64,000 bases of DNA from a virus. The notes beneath the pieces are model-generated. The model saw only the letters and a list, made by a program, of their open reading frames with translations. It ran no database searches and was not told the DNA's origin. Location of the stretch: positions 1 to 64,000 of the IMG/VR virus record IMGVR_UViG_3300043395_004689, one strand, 5' to 3'. The translations under genes were made by a program, and so were the position numbers. This document shows, one piece after another, positions 56,176 to 64,000 of the stretch; position 1 is the stretch's first letter; each line of letters starts with the position of its first letter.

Positions 56176-56463
56176 ATGCTAAAATCTTTTGTACGGGCCG
56201 CCCGGCCTTTCAAAATTTTTGATCCAACTCTAACTGAGCATCGAGAACTTTTCTACAAGTTTGAACGAACCCAATCTTGGATAGGGTGCCCTTATCAGTG
56301 GGCCATAGATGATGACTGCCTGGATGTAGTGCATCATATCCGCAAAAAAATGCTGGATTTTTACATGAAAAATGAATTTGTTGCGAAAAAACAACAAAAA
56401 CAGCCCAAAAATGTGTTAAAAATCAAGCACTTACAGGCTCAAAAAAGCAGAAAAAACGGTTGA
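56176..56463 (+). CDS. Hypothetical protein; C-terminus overlaps the regulatory module
   Basis: TAAATA 6 nt upstream; Lys-rich tail derives from A-tracts. Confidence 0.65.
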   Translation: MLKSFVRAARPFKIFDPTLTEHRELFYKFERTQSWIGCPYQWAIDDDCLDVVHHIRKKMLDFYMKNEFVAKKQQKQPKNVLKIKHLQAQKSRKNG

Positions 56464-56488
56464 CCATTGGCTCCAGCTTTGCTATACT
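56379..56488 (+). promoter_or_regulatory. Composite module: TGT-N12-ACA palindrome, IHF site, sigma70 promoter
   Basis: TGTTGCGAAAAAACAACA 56379-56396; AATCAAGCACTTA 56421-56433; TTGACC-17-TATACT 56460-56488. Confidence 0.75.
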
Positions 56489-56518
56489 ACTTGTATTGTA
56501 AATGAGAAAGGGCCACAA

Positions 56519-56743
56519 ATGACTGAATTTGAAAAGAACTGCTACGGAATTTCTGAATCAGACATCCGCGAAGAATACATGAATAGCATCACTGCCAAAT
56601 TCAGTGGGCTAGAAATGGTCGCAATGAGTGTGCTCAGCGATGCACAAGAATTGATGGCCATGGACCGAGTTGAACAAGCTCGTAAACAAATCAACATCGC
56701 CAAGTTCATACTGTCAGAAATGATGGAAGCTCGTGTTGCATAA
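56519..56743 (+). CDS. Hypothetical early protein (LSDAQE..R..INIAK)
   Basis: First gene after the promoter. Confidence 0.75.
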   Translation: MTEFEKNCYGISESDIREEYMNSITAKFSGLEMVAMSVLSDAQELMAMDRVEQARKQINIAKFILSEMMEARVA

Positions 56744-56797
56744 AAACAACACACAGTAACCCGTCAGGTTGACGGGTTATTCAAACGGTGCTAGAAT
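56734..56797 (+). promoter_or_regulatory. TGT-N12-ACA palindrome plus sigma70 promoter whose -35 lies in an inverted repeat
   Basis: TGTTGCATAAAAACAACA 56734-56751; TAACCCGTCA-GGT-TGACGGGTTA 56757-56779; TTGACG-17-TAGAAT. Confidence 0.7.
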
Positions 56798-56825
56798 AGA
56801 GTTATTGTTTAAGAAAGGAACGCAA

Positions 56826-57305
56826 ATGAACTGCTCACCCACTCTTACCGCAGACGAGTTCAAGGACCTTCACAATGCCCTGTGCGAACTTCGTAGCATT
56901 CGGGACAGTATGCATCACAGCATGGTCAAGCTGGACCGTGTTGAAGATGTAATCGACCGCTTTGAGCAAGCTCTTGCTGGTGCATATCAGCAAGACAACG
57001 ATGCCTTTAGCACCAAGAGCGACCACTATGATGAGGTTCGCAAGGGCTTGGGGCTCAGTGCTATTTGGAGCATTTACGAAGTAGACAATCTCAGTGAGCC
57101 GCATCCGTTTGGCGATGTTACTACAGTGACCTACGAAAGCCATTGGGGACCTAATCCTGTGGTCAAGGGCATTGCTGGTACTACCTGGGCGGCCCTGTAT
57201 ACTGCGGCCAATGCTTGCATCCGCGACAGCGGCGACGATCATCATGTGTTTATCGAGGACTTTAAGGTCCGCGGCGACACCTTGGTTCTTTCAACCGGTT
57301 CTTAA
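56826..57305 (+). CDS. Hypothetical early protein (GD.HHVFIE..L.TGS)
   Basis: AAAGGA RBS; start revised. Confidence 0.75.
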   Translation: MNCSPTLTADEFKDLHNALCELRSIRDSMHHSMVKLDRVEDVIDRFEQALAGAYQQDNDAFSTKSDHYDEVRKGLGLSAIWSIYEVDNLSEPHPFGDVTTVTYESHWGPNPVVKGIAGTTWAALYTAANACIRDSGDDHHVFIEDFKVRGDTLVLSTGS

Positions 57306-57323
57306 TCCCTAAGGAGACAGCAC

Positions 57324-57611
57324 ATGGAACAGCTCAGCCCGATTCAGCAGATTAACCAATCTATCATGTTTGGTAATTTCACTGACGATCAGCTAAACTC
57401 AATTATCAGTGCCGTGAAGTTTGCTCGCGGTTGCTTGGCAAAATCTACCAAGCGGCAACTTCGAATCGGATCTTCGGTGCGCTGGGCCAGCCAGCGAACA
57501 GGCCGAGCCGAAACTGGTACTGTCGAAAAGATTGCCATCAAGTTTGTAACAGTTAAAACCCCTACCGGAATGCGTTGGAAGGTTCCAGCTAACATGTTGG
57601 AGGTTGCATAA
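57324..57611 (+). CDS. Hypothetical protein with SH3-like C-terminus
   Basis: TAAGGAG RBS; G.V.KI..K...V....WKVP. Confidence 0.7.
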   Translation: MEQLSPIQQINQSIMFGNFTDDQLNSIISAVKFARGCLAKSTKRQLRIGSSVRWASQRTGRAETGTVEKIAIKFVTVKTPTGMRWKVPANMLEVA

Positions 57612-58072
57612 TGGCAACTCGTAGCACTATTGCAATTGAACACGAAGACGGCACCGTGTCGCAGGTTTACTGCCACTGGGATGGTTATCTAGATCACAAC
57701 GGTCGTATTTTGATGGAGCACTATCAAGATCCAGTCAAGGTCGAACAACTGATTGCTCATGGATCAATTTCTAGTCTCAAACCCGAAATTGGTGAGAAGC
57801 ACGACTTTGACTGGTACTTCAATAAAAACGAAATCTCAGAAGAGATGAAGCAGATCTACGAAAACCTCTGGACCACATTTTATCATCGGGACCGTGGTGA
57901 GGATCTTGCAGTTACCAAATTTTGGAATTTTGATATGTATCGTACCAGTGCTGTTTTTGAGGAGTACGATTACATTTATCGGTCAGGCAAGTGGTATGTA
58001 CAGGTACACGGTCGTGGCTGGTCCAGTTTAGAAAAAGCATTTAATGCAGATGCTGCCTTGGAGGACGCATAA
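57611..58072 (+). CDS. Conserved phage hypothetical protein (M.TRS.I..YCHWDGY)
   Basis: GGAGG RBS; motif pattern. Confidence 0.8.
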   Translation: MATRSTIAIEHEDGTVSQVYCHWDGYLDHNGRILMEHYQDPVKVEQLIAHGSISSLKPEIGEKHDFDWYFNKNEISEEMKQIYENLWTTFYHRDRGEDLAVTKFWNFDMYRTSAVFEEYDYIYRSGKWYVQVHGRGWSSLEKAFNADAALEDA

Positions 58073-58831
58073 TGAATATTAACACCGATCAATTGATTCA
58101 ACGACTTGAGCATGGTATTGCCCTTCTCAAAGAATCGCAGTCTGATTTTAGTCGACAGCAGAAGGTACTAGTTACCATTTCGGCTCTAGCTCGCGAATAC
58201 GCAAAGCAACTAAACGAAAAGGAATGCGAATATGAAACGCAATGATCAGTGGCTTGAAGATTTTGATCAACTGATTTGCCAGGTGCCTTCTTTGTTTCTT
58301 CCTGAGCCTGTGCGTGATGCTATAATGTTGAAACTGGAAAACATCCAGGAAGAAATTTCAGAGCAGATTGAACTGCAAAGCACTGACTGGAGCGCATGAA
58401 TGGATAAAGAAAATTCTCCCAGATATACTGTTCGCTGGACTCAGCCCTATCGCCTGCAGATTAATCCAGAGCTGATTGCAATGAAAATGCTTGCAGAACT
58501 AATTGAACAGCAACAGCTAGAAGAGTCCGAGTACAAAGAGGCTAACCAAGTAATTCAACGCATTAAGGAAAAACTATGAACACGAATCGTCAAAAAAATC
58601 TTGCACACGAACAGCGCCAACAAGCCAAACAGCGACCTGCTCAACCTCTTTACGATTTCTCTGCATTAGAATCTGTAGTGCGGGCCTGGGCTAAGCCACA
58701 AGCAGAAGAGCTCAGCCCTTACGCTACCTGCAATTCATAATATGGCTTGGGTTGGAGTTCTCATGCTTTTGATGCTTGGTCATCTTGGCTGGGCGTTGAT
58801 CTATGCATTGATAATTTTAATTTTTAGCTAG
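58072..58831 (+). CDS. Run of five small ORFs missed by the track: 58072-58245, 58232-58399, 58400-58579, 58576-58740, 58742-58831
   Basis: Abutting or overlapping start/stop codons tile the gap; several have RBS; 29-59 aa. Confidence 0.6.
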
Positions 58832-58846
58832 TTGATTATAAATTGT

Positions 58847-59407
58847 ATGAACCTACAAGAATCATTGCAACAGTTTGTAGCACCGGTCTACGGCAAAACC
58901 AAACGCAGTTCAGCAACTTATAAGACTGTGGCCGAACATTGTCACCAGCATCTCATTGTGCTGAAAACAGAATATGCAACAACTCGCAATGATCAGCAAA
59001 AGCTTCGTGAGATTCGTAACGACATGGATTACTATCTTCGTCGGTATCACAAATACTGCATTGAAGAACGCGACGGCATGGATGCTCATTACCTTGAAAT
59101 AGGGGCCGATAAGGATACAGATTTTGAACACTTAATTCCTGCGGCTCGCATCCGAGACCTGTTGTTGGCTGGTGTGCTCAGTGTGGAGCAGGCCCTAAAC
59201 GCTCCTACTGTTAAGCTTAGCCGAAGCAAGCACATGGCTCTTAAAGAAGCAGGCTGGGGCAGTCACACACCAGACATGTGGTTGCCATTTAAACGCTATA
59301 GCAAGGTGTTTGCAGGAAGTTACCAAACCCATGATGGAACCATGATAGATCCAGATACTTGGACTTTGCAACAGCATTTTGAGTATTTTGCTCACTTGAA
59401 AATTTAA
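58847..59407 (+). CDS. Hypothetical protein, possible His-Me-finger nuclease-like domain
   Basis: TDFEHLIP and P.KRY motifs; tentative. Confidence 0.5.
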   Translation: MNLQESLQQFVAPVYGKTKRSSATYKTVAEHCHQHLIVLKTEYATTRNDQQKLREIRNDMDYYLRRYHKYCIEERDGMDAHYLEIGADKDTDFEHLIPAARIRDLLLAGVLSVEQALNAPTVKLSRSKHMALKEAGWGSHTPDMWLPFKRYSKVFAGSYQTHDGTMIDPDTWTLQQHFEYFAHLKI

Positions 59408-59429
59408 GCACTCTAGTGTATAATAAAAT

Positions 59430-59756
59430 ATGATTGATTATATTATTAGCACAGATTCAACAATTATAGAAGCATCCGCCCACGGCGGTAGTGGTGCTTA
59501 TATCAGCGGTGCAGTTTATTGGGATTCAAACAGTCGCCAGTTCAAGGTTATTGATGGTAATGGTAATCCGCAGACATTGTCTGGTGGTACTGCCAACATC
59601 AGTGTTGGAACCAAGCTTCGAGAAATGATTGCCTGGTTTGAGCAAAAGCAATTTGAAGAAAAGCAACTGGCCGAACTCTGCAAGCAATATCCGAATCTTG
59701 CTGAAGCCAAAAGAGAATTTGATTCCATATACAATCTTGTCAAGGAGCACAAATGA
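59430..59756 (+). CDS. Hypothetical protein
   Basis: TTGAAA-17-TATAAT promoter (59396-59424) ends 5 nt upstream. Confidence 0.7.
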   Translation: MIDYIISTDSTIIEASAHGGSGAYISGAVYWDSNSRQFKVIDGNGNPQTLSGGTANISVGTKLREMIAWFEQKQFEEKQLAELCKQYPNLAEAKREFDSIYNLVKEHK

Positions 59757-60028
59757 TTACTTTCACTACCGAAACAGCAGACGCCCGACGCGGCGTTATT
59801 CAAGAGCAGCTACGCGAACAGGTTTGTGTGGTAACCTTTACCAAGGTCGACGGCTCTCAACGAGAAATGCCGTGTACGCTAAAAGAATCGTTGTTACCGG
59901 TTTCTACTGCTATTGGAACCAAGACCAAGAAACCAAACCCAGGTGTCATGAGTGTATTTTGCACCGACAAGCAAGAGTGGCGCAGTTTTAGGTTGGAGAA
60001 CGTTATCAACATTCGCCCGCAGGAGTAA
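59753..60028 (+). CDS. WYL_2/SH3-like beta-barrel protein
   Basis: VTFTKVDGS.R.M.CTL..D...WRSFR..NV. Confidence 0.75.
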   Translation: MITFTTETADARRGVIQEQLREQVCVVTFTKVDGSQREMPCTLKESLLPVSTAIGTKTKKPNPGVMSVFCTDKQEWRSFRLENVINIRPQE

Positions 60029-60032
60029 CCAA

Positions 60033-60344
60033 ATGTTTGAAGATAGCTTCAGCTTTTGGTTACTGATTATTGCTTTGTTTTCGCTTTGGATATGGGTTCG
60101 TCGTGTTCGACGCGAAGCAGAGGAATTGAGAACTGAGATGCAGAAGGTGCTTGATGCAATTCTGTTTATGAAAATTGAAAACCATGGTGAAACTCTTTAT
60201 GCTTATAATGCACTCACTGGAGAGTTTATTTGTCAAGGAAAAAACCTAGCTGAATTGAATCAAGGGTTTGCTAAAAGATTCCCAAAGTCCAAAGGCGTAA
60301 TTGTTGAGCCCATTGAAAAACTTGTTCCTCTCAAAGGAGAATAA
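60033..60344 (+). CDS. Hypothetical protein with N-terminal TM
   Basis: CAGGAG RBS; start revised. Confidence 0.7.
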   Translation: MFEDSFSFWLLIIALFSLWIWVRRVRREAEELRTEMQKVLDAILFMKIENHGETLYAYNALTGEFICQGKNLAELNQGFAKRFPKSKGVIVEPIEKLVPLKGE

Positions 60345-60539
60345 ATGATTTACACAGTATTTAAAATAGCAACATATGGAAGTAATCAGCTGCTCTTGGT
60401 CAAGAGCGGTGATGACCTTGCTGTATCTGTGTACAACGAGCATACTGGCAATACCTTGATGAGGATGGTAGAAGCTAACCTAGATAATCTAGAAATAGCA
60501 ATTTCCATTCTCAAAGAAACTGCCTGCGGAGATTCATAA
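60345..60539 (+). CDS. Hypothetical protein
   Basis: AAGGAG RBS. Confidence 0.7.
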   Translation: MIYTVFKIATYGSNQLLLVKSGDDLAVSVYNEHTGNTLMRMVEANLDNLEIAISILKETACGDS

Positions 60540-60869
60540 ATGGCTCGGCAATGGGTAGTTTTATTTGACACCCTAGGTGTTGATACCTTGCTTCCTTGGG
60601 ATGATCTCAAAGGCGAAGACATGCTAACTGTGTTAGCAGGCAAGAAGCCCAAGGATTCAATTAATAAAAGAATCAACATGATGGTAGTCAGAGCGCAGGC
60701 CAATATTCAACGCTGGCCTGAAGTATGGGCATATGACACCAGCGAAGACTATGAAGAGCCTGTTATGCGACAGGCGTGGGAAGCCAATCCTCAGTACATG
60801 GCTGATTTGGTAAGAGAAAAGGGAACTAACCTTTTCAAACATCAAAGGCAAAAAGAAATCATTGTTTAA
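60540..60869 (+). CDS. Hypothetical protein
   Basis: GGAG RBS; abuts previous gene. Confidence 0.7.
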   Translation: MARQWVVLFDTLGVDTLLPWDDLKGEDMLTVLAGKKPKDSINKRINMMVVRAQANIQRWPEVWAYDTSEDYEEPVMRQAWEANPQYMADLVREKGTNLFKHQRQKEIIV

Positions 60870-60899
60870 GATTAAATAATTTATAGGAGGTATCAAAAT

Positions 60900-61601
60900 A
60901 TGTTTGGAGCAAATTACACACAACCAGGTGCAATGACCTGGCGTTCTGCGGAACAAATTAACTCGGCTATGGCTCGTGTTTATGGTCACATGAGTTTGGC
61001 CGTGATTACCAGTATGATTGTAAGTTACCTTGTTGGCACCTCGCCGGCTTTGTTGGCTTTCTTCTTTACTGGCATAATGAAATGGATTGTAATCTTTGCA
61101 CCGCTGGCAGCAGTTTTTGCCATTGTTTTCCTAATGGAAAAGGTTGGTAAGCAAGGTGCTCAGCTTATGCTACATGGCTTTGCGGCTCTAATGGGTCTCA
61201 GCTTTGCCACAATCTTTGCGGTGTTTACCATGGGCAGTATTGTCAGCGCATTTATGGGTGCTGCCATTTTGTTTATTGTAATGAGCGGGTATGGCTATTT
61301 TACCAAGTCCAGCCTTGACAGCATGGGCAAGTTCATGTTTGTTGGACTGATTGCAATCGTTATTGCCAGCATTGTAAATATCTTTATTGGCAGTACTGTA
61401 ATGCAAATGGTTATCAGTGCTTTAGCTATTATCATCTTTCTAGGACTAACAGCCTACGACACACAAAAGATTCGCGAAGAGCTCAGTGTGGAAGCAGATA
61501 CAGGGTTGGCCGAAGTACGAGGTGCCTTGACATTGTACCTTGACTTTATCAACCTCTTTATTAATCTCTTACAACTGTTTGGCGTTAAGAATAACGACTG
61601 A
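60900..61601 (+). CDS. Bax inhibitor-1/YccA family membrane protein
   Basis: About 7 TMs; GLTAYDTQKI; GALTLYLDFINLF. Confidence 0.92.
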   Translation: MFGANYTQPGAMTWRSAEQINSAMARVYGHMSLAVITSMIVSYLVGTSPALLAFFFTGIMKWIVIFAPLAAVFAIVFLMEKVGKQGAQLMLHGFAALMGLSFATIFAVFTMGSIVSAFMGAAILFIVMSGYGYFTKSSLDSMGKFMFVGLIAIVIASIVNIFIGSTVMQMVISALAIIIFLGLTAYDTQKIREELSVEADTGLAEVRGALTLYLDFINLFINLLQLFGVKNND

Positions 61602-62154
61602 CCGTTTCTGAGATAATCTTAGTTAACTCTGGGCTTTGTAGCACTTCATTGTGCCCGTAGTCCAGAGTTATTTCTTTTTCTTTGCTATGCAATTCTTGCT
61701 GACTGGCCACTGTGACCACACCATCGTTGGCACCTACACCAAACAAATCAAACCCGTGAGTGGTTATAACATTGGTCCAAGGAACTGCTGGATCAAGCAA
61801 TCTGGTTTGTGTAGTCCAAGGTTCCATTCTGCTCAACATGTGTAACCAAGGAACATTAAGGTTGAACATTTTCCAAAAGCCAGCTTGGATAGATCCACCA
61901 AAGGGTGTGCCAACACTGATTCCATGCACAATCTTGTTGGGATTTCGATTTGCCAAGTGCCATGCGTAAAGACCACCCATGCTGTGACCTACTATGACAC
62001 AGCGGTCAGGTAGTTCGTCTTCCATGGCTTTTAGATTAACTTCTGGATCTAGCATCATGCTCCAAGTCAAACAGCGATGCGGATTGATTTTAGATCCGGC
62101 CCAGTTCCATGAAGTTTTGGAAGCATTGGCGCCGTGAATAAAAATTGTTTCCAT
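61585..62154 (-). CDS. Alpha/beta hydrolase
   Basis: FIHGA, GHSMGG (GxSxG), GTPFGGS, NDGVV, GHNE. Confidence 0.85.
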   Translation of the reverse strand: METIFIHGANASKTSWNWAGSKINPHRCLTWSMMLDPEVNLKAMEDELPDRCVIVGHSMGGLYAWHLANRNPNKIVHGISVGTPFGGSIQAGFWKMFNLNVPWLHMLSRMEPWTTQTRLLDPAVPWTNVITTHGFDLFGVGANDGVVTVASQQELHSKEKEITLDYGHNEVLQSPELTKIISETVSRYS

Positions 62155-62188
62155 TGACTTGCTCCTTATTTCTTGTTATACTTATATC

Positions 62189-62644
62189 ATGAAGCCAAAA
62201 CATATCAAAGCCCACATGCAAACTGCCGAAAACTATGCTAGACTTAGCACAGCTCGCAGGCTTCAGGTCGGTGCGATACTTGTCAAGGATGATAGAATTA
62301 TCAGCATTGGCTACAATGGCATGCCGGCGGGTTGGGATAATAATTGTGAAGAAGAGGTTGTTGTTGCCATAGTTGACGGGGTACCTCAAAGAGAAATCAA
62401 AGAACTCAAAACCAAACCTGAAGTGCTTCATGCCGAAGCCAACGCTATTGCCAAGGTAGCCCGCAGTCCAGAAAGTTCCGAAGGTGCTGTGTTGTTTGTC
62501 ACTCATTCGCCATGCATGGAATGTGCCAAACTGGTTTTTCAAAGCGGAATAAAACAAGTTTTTTGGCGACATAATTACAGAAGCGATGATGGTTTAAATT
62601 TTCTGCGCCAAGCAGGCGTAACAACTAACAAGGTAGAAGAGTAA
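62189..62644 (+). CDS. dCMP deaminase
   Basis: IGYNG, HAEANAI, PCMEC; TTGACT-17-TATACT promoter (62154-62182) ends 6 nt upstream. Confidence 0.92.
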   Translation: MKPKHIKAHMQTAENYARLSTARRLQVGAILVKDDRIISIGYNGMPAGWDNNCEEEVVVAIVDGVPQREIKELKTKPEVLHAEANAIAKVARSPESSEGAVLFVTHSPCMECAKLVFQSGIKQVFWRHNYRSDDGLNFLRQAGVTTNKVEE

Positions 62645-63480
62645 TGCGTAGCAACTATTGGTCATGTAGCAAATTTGCAGACTGGCTTCGTGGCACTAAA
62701 AAGCTTGGAGCAGGTACATCTGAAGAATGGGATGACTGGACCAAACAGGCCAAGAGCAAGCATTCTGTTCGCTACTGGCTTGCAGAAGAAGGTTTAGATG
62801 CCGTACAAAACTTTATCAATTGGCCCATGGACAAATTAGACAACATTCGTTACTATGTTAACAATCGTTGGGTCAGTCATAGCCATCGCCTTACTGCACA
62901 TCCTCGAGACATCAAACCTGGTCAATGGAGTGATGTAGGCAATCGTTTCCTGCCATGCCTTTTCAATGAGCTTGTGGATTTTGTTGAAATTGAACAAGCC
63001 TGGCATCACTGCCTATGGAGCGACGAAATGAAAACCAAGTATAATGTACCTTGGTATCGCAGTGGATGGTTGCGCTGGCGCACATGGCGCTGTCCAGAAG
63101 CTGGTATAGAATATCTGCAATGGGCTAGTACTCTTACCAACGAAGAATGGTTAGAAGATCATGAGAAGCACAAAGCAGAACCGACCTATCAAGCTAAGGC
63201 TGCTAAGGAGATTATAGAACTTTATACTTGGTGGACTACTACCTATCGCAATCGACCAGATCCATATGAATCAAGCGGCTGGAGTGCTTACTGTGATGCT
63301 TGTCGTGCCGAAAACGGTGGAAGTCTTTGGGGTAGCTTAAAAGATACCAAGAATCCGGCTCTTAAGAAGCAAGGCGACAAGGCACTTAAATTACTTCGAA
63401 AAATTGAACTTGCCTACGAAAAAGAAGACGAAGCTATGATGATTCGCCTTATTAAGATTCGACAGGCACTTTGGACCTAA
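62644..63480 (+). CDS. Trp-rich hypothetical protein
   Basis: 278-aa ORF, TAATG overlap. Confidence 0.75.
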   Translation: MRSNYWSCSKFADWLRGTKKLGAGTSEEWDDWTKQAKSKHSVRYWLAEEGLDAVQNFINWPMDKLDNIRYYVNNRWVSHSHRLTAHPRDIKPGQWSDVGNRFLPCLFNELVDFVEIEQAWHHCLWSDEMKTKYNVPWYRSGWLRWRTWRCPEAGIEYLQWASTLTNEEWLEDHEKHKAEPTYQAKAAKEIIELYTWWTTTYRNRPDPYESSGWSAYCDACRAENGGSLWGSLKDTKNPALKKQGDKALKLLRKIELAYEKEDEAMMIRLIKIRQALWT

Positions 63481-63504
63481 TATATTTGGAAAGCGAGAAT
63501 ACAA

Positions 63505-63726
63505 ATGACAATGCCCGATCAACGATACAGAGCCATGCTTGAGGGTATGAGACTGATTGAAGACCTATTGATTCCTCAGGCAACACCACGAGTTCCGGGT
63601 AGCATTAGAGAACGGGCTCGTTGGATTATGAGACATCACCCCAGTCAAAGCGAGCTTGAACATATGGCTACTCTTTGTCCTCAGATGTTGAGCACTTACG
63701 ATTTTAATAAACAAAAAATTAAATGA
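63505..63726 (+). CDS. Hypothetical protein
   Basis: MTMPD.RYRA..PRVP..R..A...RH.P pattern. Confidence 0.7.
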   Translation: MTMPDQRYRAMLEGMRLIEDLLIPQATPRVPGSIRERARWIMRHHPSQSELEHMATLCPQMLSTYDFNKQKIK

Positions 63727-63733
63727 GTTAAAA

Positions 63734-63922
63734 ATGAGTACAGAAAACACATGGGTCTTAACTGTGCAAGAAGACCCTGAAACCGGTGATGCTATCTTAG
63801 AATTTCCTCCTGATCTCCTAGAAAAAGCAGGATGGAAAGAAGGCGATACCCTGAAGTGGACAGATCAGGGAGATGGCAGTTGGATGTTGACAAAGGCGGA
63901 AGTTACCGATGAACAAGGCTAA
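63734..63922 (+). CDS. AbrB/MazE-like small protein
   Basis: LEFP.DLL...GWKEGDTL.W. Confidence 0.65.
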   Translation: MSTENTWVLTVQEDPETGDAILEFPPDLLEKAGWKEGDTLKWTDQGDGSWMLTKAEVTDEQG

Positions 63923-64000
63923 TCCCGGAAATCACATTATGGTCGACCTTGAGACCTTGGGTACCAAGCCCAACAGTCTCATGCTTACAATAGGAGCCGT
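63909..64000 (+). CDS. DEDDh 3'-5' exonuclease (Rv2179c-like), truncated by the window end
   Basis: HIMVDLETLGTKPNS..LTIGA. Confidence 0.75.
   Translation, partial: MNKANPGNHIMVDLETLGTKPNSLMLTIGA

Noticed and set aside
1-64000. CRISPR array, integrase, transposase or reverse transcriptase
   Set aside because: No regularly spaced repeats or diagnostic motifs were seen; the recurring sequences are promoter modules
1-64000. Stop-codon reassignment or selenoprotein readthrough
   Set aside because: Recognisable genes are full length in code 11, ORFs tile densely using all three stops, and the Sec-shaped RNA lacks a UCA anticodon

Overview
This 64-kb window looks like part of a large lytic tailed-phage genome. 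It is gene-dense and almost entirely + strand, uses standard code 11, and shows no integrase, capsid, rRNA operon or CRISPR array. The IscU/IscA/ClpP/ClpX/bS21 sequences suggest a proteobacterial host, probably Burkholderiales-like (inference). Two kinds of region alternate. (1) Runs of small early-type hypothetical genes (about 13.3-25.8 kb, 50.8-52.5 kb, 56-64 kb) sit behind strong sigma70 promoters with an extended GGTTGAC -35 box. Several carry IHF consensus sites and an 18-bp TGTTG-N8-C(A/C)ACA palindrome. These regions include a DNA ligase, a PvuII-like nuclease plus methyltransferase, a kinase and a dCMP deaminase. (2) AT-richer enzyme islands sit behind T4-late-like TAA(A/G)TA boxes. 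They hold five radical SAM enzymes, about eight Fe(II)/2OG-type oxygenases, two PP-loop ATPases, a nitroreductase and a four-copy unnamed His-motif domain family. Possible support genes are iscU-iscA, apt plus MTA/SAH nucleosidase, clpP, and clpX-rpsU-sHsp-clpS. RNA elements are a variant tRNA-Lys(CUU), a tRNA(Sec)/allo-tRNA-shaped RNA with an aberrant anticodon arm, a ROSE-like thermometer, and a 91-nt three-hairpin element (35575-35665) whose loops are complementary to universally conserved rRNA functional centres (23S H69-H71; 16S 530 loop). The last element is the best candidate for an undescribed system. Many genes appear to be leaderless. All protein calls come from motif recognition by eye; no database searches were run.
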